DNA of 63,460 bases, the filler included, from Actinomycetota bacterium (lineage in GTDB: Bacteria; Actinomycetota; CADDZG01; JAHWKV01; JAOPZY01): the NCBI GenBank assembly GCA_025963875.1. It is 8 parts of 8 records of this genome, joined end to end, with 100 filler letters (N's around TTAATTAATTAA, not from the genome) between each part and the next. Parts side by side here need not be neighbours in the genome. Positions count along the whole stretch, not along the records: positions 44,986 to 50,075 come from JAOPZY010000258.1; positions 50,176 to 57,016 come from JAOPZY010000227.1; positions 57,117 to 63,460 come from JAOPZY010000195.1; 5 more parts are not named here. One strand, 5' to 3'. The notes below the pieces were generated by a model. The model worked only from the letters and a program-made list of their open reading frames with translations, was not told where the DNA came from and did no database searches. Within the stretch, counting starts at the first letter, position 1. The number at the start of each line of letters is the position of its first letter. The position numbers and the translations under genes are program-made. This document shows, piece after piece, positions 48,518 through 59,357 of this stretch.

Positions 48518-49395
48518 TGTCCGAAGAGAAAGGGTGTCCTGTGGGTAGGCTGCCAGCCGTGCGTGGTCGACGCTGGAACTCCGAGACCCTCGTCTGCGGC
48601 ATCCGCGGGCACGTCGCTCCCGCCGCAGAGGTGCGAACGCTTCTTCCCGAGCACTCCGGCGTGGGGGTCGACCTCCCCGATGGCCGCCGCCTCGCCCGGT
48701 GCCTGCGCTGCGACGCCTGGATCGCGGTGCCGGCCGACACCGCGGCCGGAGCCGAGCGGGAGTCGCTCCCGGACCTGGAATCGATGGAGATGCCCCGCCG
48801 AGGGAAGCGCCTGCGGGAGGCCATCATCCTGCGCCTCATCGCCATCGACCGGGCGTTCCATGCCGTCCTCTTCGGTGCCATTGCCGTCGGCTCCTTCCTT
48901 GCGGAGCGAAGGTTCCCGCTGTTCCAGGCAACGCTGCAGCGATGGCTGGTGTTCATCGACCAGGCCGCCGGCCAGACGGGGCCGACGCCCACCAAGTCGT
49001 TCGCCGATCGGGAACTCCGGCACCTGCTCACCGTCCGGAGCAGCTCCCTGCGGCTGGTCGCCATCACCGCCGCGGTGTACTGCGTGTTGGAGGCCACCGA
49101 GGCCGTAGGACTGTGGAGGGAACGGCGGTGGGCCGAGTACCTGACCGCGGTGGCGACGGCCGGCTTCCTGCCCTTCGAGATCATCGAGCTGACCAAGAGG
49201 GTGAGCCCCCTCAGGCTGGGGACCTTTGTGATCAACCTCGCCATCCTCGTCTACCTGATCTGGGCCAAACGCCTCTTCGGCGTGGGCCGCCTGCGCAAGG
49301 CGAAGAAGGAACTCGACGTCGAGGACGTGAAGAGACTCTTCGGGCCCGGGTCCGGGGGGACGCCGTTCGTGCGCCAGGGAAGGTTGGGAGCCTAG
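48518..49395 (+). CDS. DUF2127-like membrane protein with N-terminal Cys/His motif
   Basis: CGIRGH...RCLRC; EAVGLWRERRWAEY, FLPFEIIE, NLAILVYL. Confidence 0.75.
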
Positions 49396-49539
49396 CGCGC
49401 GCCTGCGCGCGATTCGCTCCCAACTTCGGGCCACGGGCCGCCCGAACCGTCATTGCCTGTGCGGCCTCGCCGGCGTCGTCACGGCGCTCCTGGCCATCGA
49501 TCCACTCGCCCGCCGCCGCAGATCGGCGCGGTCCGTCGA

Positions 49540-50075
49540 TTAGCCGGGAGGAATCTGGAAGTTCACACCCATGAAGCAGGAGGGGTTCGGCGGGAGCGAC
49601 CCGTCCTTGGCGACCTGGCTCCAGATCGCGGAATCGGCGCCGTTCAGGACCACGACGCTGGCCCCCCCGACGGTCTGGCCGACGCCGCTCATCGTGCAGC
49701 TCTTCACGTTGGCGGGGTCAAGCAGACGGGCGGTCATGGCGAGCCGGATGATGTCCGGGAGGGGCGAGTTGAAGGCCGCCCGCTGCCGGCCGGTCCGGAT
49801 GAGGTCGAAGATGTAGCGCATGTCGAGCGCCTGCTTGTGGAACTTGCGGAAGGCCGAGATGATGATCTGGCTCTGGTCGTTGCTCCGGCCGAAGTCGCCG
49901 CCCGGGGTGTTGTAGCGGTCCCGGCTGAACGCCAGGGTGTCTCCCCCAAGCATGTGGTAGTCGCCCGGGTCGAAGTGGGTGCCCGTGTCCGCGGGGTTGT
50001 GCATGGGCTGGTAGACGTGGATGTCCAGGCCCCCGACGGCGTCGATCAACGGCATGAAGTTGCTGAAGTTGGTGT
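49540..50075 (-). CDS. LytR/CpsA/Psr (LCP) family protein, C-terminal part
   Basis: LIDAVGG, LAFSRDR, GDFGRSNDQ. Confidence 0.85.
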
Positions 50076-50175
50076 NNNNNNNNNNNNNNNNNNNNNNNNN
50101 NNNNNNNNNNNNNNNNNNNTTAATTAATTAANNNNNNNNNNNNNNNNNNNNNNNNNNNNNNNNNNNNNNNNNNNN

Positions 50176-50419
50176 CGACGCCCAGGTCTTCTCGCCGACG
50201 GTGAGGGAGGAGATCGCCTTCGGGCCGCTCAACCTCGCGATGGCGGCCGAGGAGGTCGAGGAGCGGGTGGCGGACACCCTCGACATGCTGGGCATCGCCG
50301 ACATCGCGGATCGGGCCCCCTACCAGCTGTCGGGTGGGCAGAAGGAGCGCGTGGCGATCGCCTCCGTGCTGGTGATGAACCCCGAGGTGCTCCTGTTCGA
50401 CGAGCCCACCGCCGCCCTG
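50176..50419 (+). pseudogene. ECF/CbiO-type ABC ATPase fragment that breaks off after DEPTAAL
   Basis: [29 protein letters not shown] followed by unrelated sequence. Confidence 0.7.
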
Positions 50420-50576
50420 CGAGCCCGAACTCCTCCAGGTCCTTGAGGTCCTGAACGACTTCGGTGGCAAGCTGCACGTCCTTGCTCCTCAGGGCCTGAA
50501 GTTCCTCCACAACGGGGTTCGCGCCCCGGAACCGGCAGAACTCCACTTCCCACCGGTCCATCGGCACGTGCCCCAT
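50420..50576 (-). pseudogene. RelE/HigB-like toxin N-terminal fragment
   Basis: WEVEF....G.NPVVEELQAL...LKDLEEFG, then runs into the antisense of the ABC gene. Confidence 0.5.
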
Positions 50577-50809
50577 TATGACCTATAAGTCATGAAGCGA
50601 CAACCGTGCCATTGTCAGCAACCGCCGCCGGCCCTTTCCTCGATTACGGGTAACCCTCGGCCCAGACGGAGGAATGGATCTCAAGATGCCGCATGTGGGC
50701 GGGACAACTTTTGGGTTATAGCTCGCATCGTTCGCCGGCACTCCGTTAGCAGGCGTTAGGAGGTGGGGTGAGAATCAGCGACAAAGATGTGTAGATATGG
50801 CTTCCTCAG

Positions 50810-50884
50810 TCGGGCTGGGGAGATTTGAACTCCCGACCCCTTGACCCCCAGTCAAGTGCGCTATCCAAGCTGCGCTACAGCCCG
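50810..50884 (-). tRNA. tRNA-Pro(GGG)
   Basis: CGGGCTGTAGCGCAGCTTGGATAGCGCACTTGACTGGGGGTCAAGGGGTCGGGAGTTCAAATCTCCCCAGCCCGA folds as a cloverleaf; CCA not encoded. Confidence 0.96.
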
Positions 50885-50937
50885 AGGCCCCTATCCTACC
50901 GCCCCGGCTCCCAGTGGGACCCATCGGGCCGACGTTG

Positions 50938-50986
50938 GAGGTGCGGAAGAAATACGTCGCCCAGCAACGAAAAACTTCCGCACCTC
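50938..50986. repeat. REP-like interrupted palindrome, family B copy 1
   Basis: gaggtgcggaag-aaata-cgtcgc-cca-gcaacg-aaaaa-cttccgcacctc. Confidence 0.65.
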
Positions 50987-51002
50987 GGGGGAGCAAAGCC
51001 CG

Positions 51003-52397
51003 TCAGCCCTCGTCCCGCCTCCCGTGGCGACGCTCCTGGCGCCGGGTGACAAAGTGGATCGGGTTGCCCGTGAACCCGTACGTCTCCCGCATCCGCCGCT
51101 CCAGGTACCGCAGCCAACCCGCACCCAGCTCGCCGTTCGTGAACAGCACGACGGTCGGGGGTGCGGTCTCGGCCTGGGTGGCGTACAGGATCCGCACCTC
51201 TCGCTGGTTCACCCTCGGCGGAGGGTTGGACTGCTGGGCGTCCTGCACGAAGGTGTTCAGCTCCGCCGTCGGTACCCGCAGCGTCCGGGCCTCCAGGACC
51301 TCGTCGACCTTCGGGATCAGCTTCATGGCCCCCCGACCGGTCAGGGCCGAGGTCCGGACCAGGGGGGCATACCCGATGAACGGCAGTTTGTCGATGGCCG
51401 CCCCGGCCAGGGCCTTGGCCTCGGTCTCGCCCTCGACCAGGTCCCACTTGTTCAGCACGAGCACGATGCCGACGCCCGCCTCGGAGATGGCGCGGGCGAT
51501 GCGCTGCTCCTGGTGGCCCGCCCCCTCCATGATGTCGACGATGAGCACCGCCACGTCGGAGCGTGCCAGGGCCGAGCGGGTGCGGCCCGTGGAGGGGATC
51601 TCCAGGCCGGACGTCTTCGCACGGCGCCGGATGCCGGCGGTGTCGACCAGGCGGTAGCGCTTGCCGTTCACCTCGATGACGGTGTCGATGGCGTCCCGGG
51701 TCGTCCCCGGGTCGGCGTGGACGATCGCCCGCTCCTCGCCCACCAGGCGGTTGAACAGCGACGACTTGCCGACGTTCGGCCTCCCGAGGAGGGCGATGGC
51801 GGGGATGTCGGTGGTGAGCAGGCCCGACGGCTCGTCGGGCAGCAGCTCGACGATGCGGTCCAGGAGGTCGCCCGACCCCCGACCGTGGAGGGCGGACAGG
51901 GGGTACGGCTCGCCGAAGCCCAGTCCCCACAGCTCGGCGGCCGCGAGCTCCCCCGCCAGGTTGTCGACCTTGTTCGCCACCAGCACCACGGGAGCCTTCT
52001 GCCGGCGGAGCCGCTGCGCCAGGGCAAGCTCGTCGGAGGTCACCCCGACGATGGCGTCGACGACGAAGAGCACGACGTCGGCCGCCCCGATGGCGCCAAC
52101 CGCCTGATCGGCGACCCTGCCCTGCAGGCCCTCCATGCCGTCCGGCCCGAGGGCCTCCTCGACGATCCCCCCCGTGTCCTGCAGGACGAACGACTTGCCC
52201 TGCCACGACGCCTCGACGTCGAGGCGGTCACGGGTGAGCCCGGGGATGGGCCCCACGATCGGCCCCCGCCGCCCCGAGAGGCGCCCGACCAACGTCGACT
52301 TGCCGACGTTCGGGCGCCCGATGACGGCGACGACGCCGACCGGCCCATCCACCGCCGGCGCCGGAACCGAAACCGTTGAATCTCCTGTTTCCACCAT
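51003..52397 (-). CDS. der: Ribosome biogenesis GTPase Der
   Basis: Two GRPNVGKS G-domains; DTGG/DTAG; NKVD/NKWD. Confidence 0.96.
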   Translation of the reverse strand: MVETGDSTVSVPAPAVDGPVGVVAVIGRPNVGKSTLVGRLSGRRGPIVGPIPGLTRDRLDVEASWQGKSFVLQDTGGIVEEALGPDGMEGLQGRVADQAVGAIGAADVVLFVVDAIVGVTSDELALAQRLRRQKAPVVLVANKVDNLAGELAAAELWGLGFGEPYPLSALHGRGSGDLLDRIVELLPDEPSGLLTTDIPAIALLGRPNVGKSSLFNRLVGEERAIVHADPGTTRDAIDTVIEVNGKRYRLVDTAGIRRRAKTSGLEIPSTGRTRSALARSDVAVLIVDIMEGAGHQEQRIARAISEAGVGIVLVLNKWDLVEGETEAKALAGAAIDKLPFIGYAPLVRTSALTGRGAMKLIPKVDEVLEARTLRVPTAELNTFVQDAQQSNPPPRVNQREVRILYATQAETAPPTVVLFTNGELGAGWLRYLERRMRETYGFTGNPIHFVTRRQERRHGRRDEG

Positions 52398-52410
52398 CTC
52401 AGAACCCTCT

Positions 52411-53064
52411 CTAGCCCCTCGTCACTGCCACGATCTCATCCACGACGTCGTCCACCGACCGCCCCGTCGAGTCGATGACGGTAGCCCCCTCCGCCACCCG
52501 TAGCGGCGAGACCTCCCGGCCCGCATCGAGCCGGTCCCTTGCCTCGATCCCGATCAGGACGTCCTCGAGCGACACGAGAACGCCTTCCAGCGCCAACTCC
52601 GCCGCCCGCCGCCGTGCCCGTTCCTGCGGTGCGGCGGTAAGGAAGAACTTGAAGTCCGCCTGGGGCAGGACGACCGTCGCGATGTCCCTGCCCTCCACGA
52701 CCCCGCCCCGCTCCCCCACCAGGCGGCGCTGCCGGTCCACCATCCATTCTCGCACCGGCCCGTTGGTCGCAACCTGGGAGACCGAGGCCGTGACCGGTCC
52801 GCCGCGCACCTCGGCCGAGACGTCCCGCCCGTCGAGGAACACCTTGCCGTCCCGCAGGTCGATGTCGGTGCCGTCCAGCAGGGACTGCAACCCGTCGGCG
52901 TCCAGGGCTCCGACTCCCCGCTCGAGCGCCTTCAGCGTAACCGCCCGGTACATCGCCCCCGTGTCGATGTGGGGCAGCGACAGCCGCTCGGCCACCGCCC
53001 GGGCCACCGTGGACTTCCCCGAGCCGGCCGGGCCGTCCAGGGCGATGGTGATGGGCCGGTCCAC
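52411..53064 (-). CDS. cmk: Cytidylate kinase
   Basis: IALDGPAGSGKST, DTGAMYR, EGRDI. Confidence 0.95.
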   Translation of the reverse strand: MDRPITIALDGPAGSGKSTVARAVAERLSLPHIDTGAMYRAVTLKALERGVGALDADGLQSLLDGTDIDLRDGKVFLDGRDVSAEVRGGPVTASVSQVATNGPVREWMVDRQRRLVGERGGVVEGRDIATVVLPQADFKFFLTAAPQERARRRAAELALEGVLVSLEDVLIGIEARDRLDAGREVSPLRVAEGATVIDSTGRSVDDVVDEIVAVTRG

Positions 53065-53069
53065 GAGGC

Positions 53070-54353
53070 TCAAGAGGCGAGCCCGCCGAGATCGTCCAGG
53101 AATCCAGGATAGGAGATGGCCGTTCCCTCCCAGCCGCCGATCGTGACCGGCCCGCCGGCGACCATCGCAGCCACAGCGAACGCCATCGCCATGCGGTGGT
53201 CCCCGGCGGATTCCACCCGCCCCCCGTGCAGCAGCGTCGGTCCCCGCACCGAGAGGCCGTCGGGCGCCTCCTCCACGTCGGCCCCGAGCCCCCGGAGCCC
53301 GGTCGCCAGCACGGCCAGCCGGTCCGATTCCTTCACCCGCAGCTCCGCGGCATCGCGGATCGTGGTCACCCCCTCGGCCTGGGTCGCCGCCACAGCCACC
53401 AGCGGCAGTTCGTCGATGGTCCGGGCCACGACCCCGCCGGAGACCCGAACCCCTCGCAGCCCGGCGGCGCGCGCCCGCAGCGATCCGACCAGCTCGGGCT
53501 CGGCAGCCTGCGGGATCACCTCGACCTCCGCCCCCATCGACGCCAGGATCTCCAGGAGGCCGGTTCGCGACGGGTTGACCCCGACGCCCTCGATGCACAC
53601 CTGGCTCCCCGGGACAAGGGTCGCCGCCACCACCCAGAACGCGGCGGACGAGAAGTCGCCCGGCACGTCGAGCTCGAAGGCGGGCAACGGGAGGTGCTTC
53701 CCGGCCGCCAGCGTGACCGAGCCGGGAGCAATGGAGACGGGAAGGCCAAGCCATGCCAGCATCCGCTCGGTGTGGTCCCGGGACGCTCCCGGCTCGGCGA
53801 CGCTCGTCGGCCCCTCCGCCTGCAGCCCGGCCAGGAGGACCGCTCCCTTCACCTGGGCGCTGGCGATCGGTATGTCGTAGGCGATCCCTCGCAACGGGCG
53901 GCCCTCCACCCGGATCGGCGGCCGGCCCCCCTCGGCAAGCGACAGCGAGGCACCCATCCGCCGCAACGGCGACGCCACCCGCTCCATGGGGCGCGACGAC
54001 AGCGACGCGTCCCCCGACAGCACGAAGCGGCCGGGACGGCCCGCCAGCGCCCCCGTCAGGAGCCGCATCGTCGTGCCGGAGTTGCCAGCGTCAAGATCCG
54101 CCTCGCGAGCGACCTGCCATCCCAACCCCTCGACGGACAGCAACCGGGGCACGGGACCGGACGGGACGTCAAGCCCCAGCCGAGCGAGCGATGCCGCGGT
54201 CGAAGCGACGTCCGCCCCGTGAGCGGCGCCACGGACAATCGAGCGGCCCGCCGCCATGGCGGCGAAGATCAGTGCCCGGTGCGACACCGACTTGTCCCCG
54301 GGCACGGCCAGGTTGCCCTGCAGCCGGTCGACCCGGGAAAGCGTGACGTCCAT
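53070..54353 (-). CDS. aroA: EPSP synthase
   Basis: PGDKSVSHR, GNSGTTMR, SAQVK, RDHTE, KESDR, DHRMAM. Confidence 0.96.
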   Translation of the reverse strand: MDVTLSRVDRLQGNLAVPGDKSVSHRALIFAAMAAGRSIVRGAAHGADVASTAASLARLGLDVPSGPVPRLLSVEGLGWQVAREADLDAGNSGTTMRLLTGALAGRPGRFVLSGDASLSSRPMERVASPLRRMGASLSLAEGGRPPIRVEGRPLRGIAYDIPIASAQVKGAVLLAGLQAEGPTSVAEPGASRDHTERMLAWLGLPVSIAPGSVTLAAGKHLPLPAFELDVPGDFSSAAFWVVAATLVPGSQVCIEGVGVNPSRTGLLEILASMGAEVEVIPQAAEPELVGSLRARAAGLRGVRVSGGVVARTIDELPLVAVAATQAEGVTTIRDAAELRVKESDRLAVLATGLRGLGADVEEAPDGLSVRGPTLLHGGRVESAGDHRMAMAFAVAAMVAGGPVTIGGWEGTAISYPGFLDDLGGLAS

Positions 54354-54433
54354 TGGGGCTCGACTCCCCGTCGTCGCAGCCGGCCCTCGGGGATGTGGCC
54401 GGAACGGGCTCAGATTAACGGCTGGGCCGCCCT

Positions 54434-54808
54434 TCACAGCGCAGCGGCCGCCAGCCCCGCCGCCGCGGCCGCTGCCCCGAGAACGAGGCTGGCGAGCGCG
54501 TTGCGGAGGGCCTCGTTCACCGCCCCTTCCTCGGCGAGGCGCACCGTCTCGTAGGTAAAGGTGGAGAAGGTCGTGTAGGCGCCGCAGAACCCTGTCCCGA
54601 GAATGAGTCTCGGGGTGGCCGGAAGGCCGTGGAATAGGGCGAGGCCCGTGAGGAGGCCGAGCAGGAACGACCCGCTCACGTTGATGGCCAGCGTTCCCCA
54701 CGGGAACACACCCTGCGTGCGGGAGGAGATGGCATCGTCCAGGAGGTAGCGGGCCGGAGCCCCGACCGCGCCGGCGACGACGAAGCCGGCCCAGGCCCAG
54801 GGGCTCAC
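54434..54808 (-). CDS. crcB: Fluoride channel Fluc/CrcB
   Basis: [27 protein letters not shown]. Confidence 0.93.
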   Translation of the reverse strand: MSPWAWAGFVVAGAVGAPARYLLDDAISSRTQGVFPWGTLAINVSGSFLLGLLTGLALFHGLPATPRLILGTGFCGAYTTFSTFTYETVRLAEEGAVNEALRNALASLVLGAAAAAAGLAAAAL

Positions 54809-55146
54809 GAACGGGACCGGCCGCTGTACTTGATGACCTCGACGTCGTCGAGGATGATCAGGCCCTCCGTCACGAGTTCGTCGAGCTCCGTCAGGAAGGA
54901 CTGGATGCGCTCCTCGGTATCCACGATGACGATGGCCATGGGCAGATCGTCGGACAGCGACAGGATCCGGGTGGTGTGGATGTGATTGGAGGCGCCGAAG
55001 CCCTCCACGCCCCGGAACACGCTGGCCCCGGCGAGACCCGCTCGGTGGGCACGCTGGACGATCTCGGTGGCGAGCGGCGTATGCCCGCACCGGTCCGCCT
55101 CGCCGACAAAGACCGTAAGACGCTTCTGATGGCCCTCGAGCTTCAT
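54805..55146 (-). CDS. DUF190 (PII-like) protein
   Basis: [29 protein letters not shown]. Confidence 0.9.
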   Translation of the reverse strand: MKLEGHQKRLTVFVGEADRCGHTPLATEIVQRAHRAGLAGASVFRGVEGFGASNHIHTTRILSLSDDLPMAIVIVDTEERIQSFLTELDELVTEGLIILDDVEVIKYSGRSRS

Positions 55147-55178
55147 CTCCCGCCTCCTCCCCTGGACACCTTGAAGGA

Positions 55179-55589
55179 TTAGCCCTCTGCTCTCATTGGA
55201 AGCCGGATGGCTCGGGCAACGAGCATCCCGGCCCACACCGCAACGAATCCTGCCACCAGGCTCGCCAGCCCGTAGACGACGCCGGTGCCGGCCTGCCCGC
55301 CCCGCACCAGCAGGTCGGTCTCGACCGCGAAGGTCGAGTAGGTGGTGTAGGCACCCAGGAAGCCCGTGGCTACGAACGGCCGCACGTAGCGCGTGGGCGG
55401 GAACCGCTCGAGGATGAGCACCAGGACAAGCCCCAGGGCGAAGCTCCCGGTGACATTGGTCCAGAACGTCGCCCAGGGGAAGCTCCCCTTCGCCACGTGG
55501 ACGAGCTGGGCGACGCCGTAGCGGGCGGGGGCCCCCAATGCGCCACCGAGGGCGATGGCGGCAAGGATCGTGCCACGGCGTCGGTGCAT
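55179..55589 (-). CDS. crcB: Fluoride channel Fluc/CrcB
   Basis: [28 protein letters not shown]. Confidence 0.92.
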   Translation of the reverse strand: MHRRRGTILAAIALGGALGAPARYGVAQLVHVAKGSFPWATFWTNVTGSFALGLVLVLILERFPPTRYVRPFVATGFLGAYTTYSTFAVETDLLVRGGQAGTGVVYGLASLVAGFVAVWAGMLVARAIRLPMRAEG

Positions 55590-56146
55590 GTGGCCGCCAG
55601 GGTAGCGAAGGCCGCTCGGGCGAGACTACGGCGGCCAGCGCATCTCAGGGGTTGCGTTTCGTCGCATTTCTCTTGCGGTCCGCCCAGCGTCGTGCTAGCG
55701 TGCAATTGAAACGAATCGGTCCCGTATTTGAACGCACGGTGCGCGAGCACGGTTGACGGGGGCAGGGGACCAGTCCACGTTTCACGCACGGCAGCAAGAC
55801 CGGCGCGTCCCAGACCCCGACGCTGGCCGGCCCCTCCCCGAGCCTGACAACTCCGTGGAACTGCCGCGCGCCGTCAAGGGATTGCGGAAGGGGGGTCTCA
55901 AATAGCAAGCGGGGGTCCGCCGCGCGGGCGGACGGCGAGGGTCACTCAAGGAAGGTAACCGGAGCCGGGGCCGTTGCTCCAAGTCCGCACCACCCAACTC
56001 GTACCACGATCGTCCGCGCCCTGACGATCAGCCGGAACACTGCACCCAACCCAAACGCACGGTCGAAAGCTTGACCAACCGCGCCACGAACAGCCCGGGC
56101 GGTACCTGCCGCCCAGTTCGCAACACCCAATAACGGGGGAACGCAG

Positions 56147-56809
56147 ATGACACACGTCCAGCACCGAATCTCCGCCTTGCTTCTCGCCGGCGCTCTCGCC
56201 GTTGCGACCATATCGGCAACTTCGGCGAGCGCCGCCCTCGCCGCTGACACCCCGGGTACGGGGACCTGCACCACGACCATCAGCGGGCCGTTGACCGGCG
56301 CCCTCACCGCAGCCGTCGGCACCACCTGCCTCACCAACGTCACCCTGCACGGCGCCATCACCGTCAACCCGGGTGCGGCCCTCTCGATCATCGACTCGAA
56401 GATCTACGGGGCCATCACCACCAACGGCGCCTCCGCATTCACCTTCTGCAACAGCTCGACGGTCGGAGGGGCCATCTCGGTCGCCACGAGCACGGGATTC
56501 ATCCTCATCGGTGACGGCGGGGAGGGAACCTGCGCGGGCGGCAACATCGACGGCGCCGTGACGCTGGACAGCAACAGCGGTGGCGTGGAGCTCGGGGGCA
56601 ACACGATCGTCGGTGCGGTCAAGGTCAGCGGAAACGTCGCGCCCACCAACGGGATCCCCGTCGAGGACGCTGCGACGGAGATCGAGGGCAACGCCGTCGG
56701 CGGCACCCTCACGTGCAGCAGCAACACTCCGGTTCCCACCAACGACATGAAGTCGAACACGGTGAAAAGCACCAGGACCGGCGAGACCTGCGCCTCGTCC
56801 ACCTTCTGA
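56147..56809 (+). CDS. Secreted beta-solenoid-like hypothetical protein
   Basis: Signal peptide; repeated (I/V).GA(I/V) units; several Cys. Confidence 0.65.
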   Translation: MTHVQHRISALLLAGALAVATISATSASAALAADTPGTGTCTTTISGPLTGALTAAVGTTCLTNVTLHGAITVNPGAALSIIDSKIYGAITTNGASAFTFCNSSTVGGAISVATSTGFILIGDGGEGTCAGGNIDGAVTLDSNSGGVELGGNTIVGAVKVSGNVAPTNGIPVEDAATEIEGNAVGGTLTCSSNTPVPTNDMKSNTVKSTRTGETCASSTF

Positions 56810-56824
56810 ACCCAGGCTCCAGGT

Positions 56825-56866
56825 GAGCCATCCCGGGCCCTGCTCAGGTTGTGCCCGGGATGGCTC
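56825..56866 (+). terminator. Intrinsic terminator-like hairpin
   Basis: gagccatcccgggc...gcccgggatggctc followed by cttt, just after the stop codon. Confidence 0.6.
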
Positions 56867-57177
56867 CTTTGAGCGGCGGGGAACCCCGTCGGGCCGGCGG
56901 CCCACCGGGTGCTGTCACGGCCTCCGAGGTCGAATGCCTCAGAAAACCGGCATCAGGAACACTTCGTCGGCGTAGCACCAGCCCCAGTCCTCGCCCGGCT
57001 CGAACGAGCGGACAACNNNNNNNNNNNNNNNNNNNNNNNNNNNNNNNNNNNNNNNNNNNNTTAATTAATTAANNNNNNNNNNNNNNNNNNNNNNNNNNNN
57101 NNNNNNNNNNNNNNNNTAACTAGAATCCGGCCCACACGCCAAGTGCGGGCCGGCACCGAGCCGGTGGGGGACCCGAC

Positions 57178-58302
57178 ATGATTCCGCCGTACTCGAGGTC
57201 GACGTTCGCCCATCGCCGGCGCATCCGGCGGCTCGTGCGCACCGCAGTCCTGGCAGCGGTCCTGCTGCTCCTCGCCGTCTTCGTGTTCCTCAAGCCTTTT
57301 GGTATTGGGGCTGGAATTAGGGGCATTGGGGGGATTGGGTCGAAAAAGGTGGGGACGAACGGCGGGCGGTCCTCGGCAACGGCGACGCCGACGCCCACCG
57401 GGGCGGGCTCGTCGCTGGCGCCGGTCGTGCCCGTCACGTCGACGCTGTCAGCCGCCACCGCCCCAACGCTGAAGGTGAGCGCCATGGCGAAGGGGCTCGG
57501 GGCTGCCGTGTCAAGGGCGGTGGCGGTCGCCGACGGCCAGACGATCCTGGTCCTCGGCGGCCTTGTGGGGGGGAGTTCCTCGGCCTCCGTGCGGCGCTTC
57601 TCCCCCGCCAGCGACACCGTGACGGCGGCCGGGACGCTCGCGGTGGCCACCCACGACGCCGCGGCCACGTCGTTCGGCCCGAACGCCGTGGTGTTCGGCG
57701 GCGGCGAGGCGGTGACCATCGACAAGGTCCAGAGCTTCGCGTCGCAGGGGTCCCAGGTGATCGGAAAACTCCCGCAGCCCCGCTCCGACCTGGCCGTGGC
57801 GACGATCGGCGACCGGACGTACGTCCTCGGCGGCTACGACGGCAAGAGCGACCAGACCGACGTCCTCGTGACGACCGACGGCGTGAGCTACAAGGTGGTC
57901 ACGCAGCTCCCGACGCCCGTGCGCTACGCGGGCGTCGCCGCCGTCGGGACGACGATCTACCTGGTCGGCGGCGAACACAACGGCGCCCAGGTCTCGCAGA
58001 TCCAGGCGGTGGACGTGGCGGCGGGGACCGCCAAGGTCGTGTCGAACCTGCCGGTCGCCCTGTCGCACGAAAGCGTGTTCGTCCTCGGCGGGACGATATT
58101 CATGGCGGGGGGCCGATCCGGCGGTGCCGTCCGGAACCAGGTCGACGTCATCGACCTGCCCACGGGGGGCCTCACCCGGGCGGGGCTCCTGCCCAAGGCC
58201 GCCGCGGACATGGCCCTGGGCCAGAACGGAGGCGACGTGTACCTCTTCGGCGGGGAGTCGCCGACGCCCCTGTCGTCGATCGTGCACATCGGCATCGCAT
58301 AG
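57178..58302 (+). CDS. Membrane-anchored Kelch-repeat protein
   Basis: N-terminal TM; repeated YVLGG/YLVGG/FMAGG/YLFGG blades. Confidence 0.85.
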   Translation: MIPPYSRSTFAHRRRIRRLVRTAVLAAVLLLLAVFVFLKPFGIGAGIRGIGGIGSKKVGTNGGRSSATATPTPTGAGSSLAPVVPVTSTLSAATAPTLKVSAMAKGLGAAVSRAVAVADGQTILVLGGLVGGSSSASVRRFSPASDTVTAAGTLAVATHDAAATSFGPNAVVFGGGEAVTIDKVQSFASQGSQVIGKLPQPRSDLAVATIGDRTYVLGGYDGKSDQTDVLVTTDGVSYKVVTQLPTPVRYAGVAAVGTTIYLVGGEHNGAQVSQIQAVDVAAGTAKVVSNLPVALSHESVFVLGGTIFMAGGRSGGAVRNQVDVIDLPTGGLTRAGLLPKAAADMALGQNGGDVYLFGGESPTPLSSIVHIGIA

Positions 58303-58350
58303 GGCGCTGCCGGCTCGGCCGGGCGCCCGAGCGGCGGTAGGCTTCGGCCC

Positions 58351-59349
58351 ATGAAGAAGCTGATCAACCACCCCGACGACGTCGTCCGGGAGGCGCTCGA
58401 AGGCCTGGCGGCCGCCCATCCCGACACCCTGCGGGTGAACCTGAAGCCCGCCTACGTCGTCCGGGCGGATGCGCCGCTGGCGGGCAAGGTCGGCGTCGTT
58501 TCCGGCGGTGGCAGCGGGCACGAGCCGCTCCACACCGGGTACGTGGGCAAGGGCATGCTCGACGCCGCATGCCCGGGCCAGGTGTTCACCTCGCCGACGC
58601 CCGACCAGGTGGCCGAGGCGACCGCGGCGGTCAACGGCGGGGCCGGGGTCCTGCACATCGTGAAGAACTACACCGGGGACGTGCTCAACTTCGAGATGGC
58701 TACCGAGATCGTGGCGGAGGACGGCATCGAGGTGACAGCCGTCGTCATCGACGACGACGTGGCCGTCACGGACAGCCTCTACACCGCCGGGCGCCGAGGT
58801 GTGGGGGCCACCGTCCTTGCCGAGAAGATCGCCGGGGCCGCGGCCGAGGAAGGCCGCCCCCTCGCCCAGGTCGCGGCGGTCTGCCGGACGGTCAACGCCA
58901 ACGCCCGGAGCATGGGGATCGCCCTCACGTCCTGCACGGTGCCGCAGGTGGGGCACCCGACGTTCGATCTCGGCGAGGACGAGATGGAGGTGGGCATCGG
59001 CATCCACGGAGAGCCGGGGCGGAGCCGCTCGGTGCTGCGGCAGGCCGATGAGATCGTCGAGATGCTGGCGGGTCCCATCCTGGACGACCTGGGGGCCGAG
59101 ACCGGCGACCAGGTCCTGGCGCTGGTCAACGGCATGGGGGCGACGCCCCTCCTCGAACTCTACGTGGTCTACCGGCGGCTCCACTCGCTGCTGGAGGAGC
59201 AGGGCCTGCGGGTGGTGCGCCGCCTCGTCGGTTCCTACATCACGTCGCTCGACATGGCCGGCTGTTCGGTGACGCTGCTGAAGATGGACAAGGAATTGCT
59301 GCGCCTGTGGGACGCTCCGGTGTTCACGCCGGCGCTGTCCTGGGGCTGA
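58351..59349 (+). CDS. dhaK: Dihydroxyacetone kinase subunit K
   Basis: [27 protein letters not shown]. Confidence 0.95.
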   Translation: MKKLINHPDDVVREALEGLAAAHPDTLRVNLKPAYVVRADAPLAGKVGVVSGGGSGHEPLHTGYVGKGMLDAACPGQVFTSPTPDQVAEATAAVNGGAGVLHIVKNYTGDVLNFEMATEIVAEDGIEVTAVVIDDDVAVTDSLYTAGRRGVGATVLAEKIAGAAAEEGRPLAQVAAVCRTVNANARSMGIALTSCTVPQVGHPTFDLGEDEMEVGIGIHGEPGRSRSVLRQADEIVEMLAGPILDDLGAETGDQVLALVNGMGATPLLELYVVYRRLHSLLEEQGLRVVRRLVGSYITSLDMAGCSVTLLKMDKELLRLWDAPVFTPALSWG

Positions 59350-59357
59350 CGCCGCCG

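Noticed and set aside
55990..56140. Possible c-di-GMP riboswitch ahead of the secreted protein; the Tad leader 12880-13110 was also examined
   Set aside because: Only generic hairpins; no GEMM consensus recognisable.
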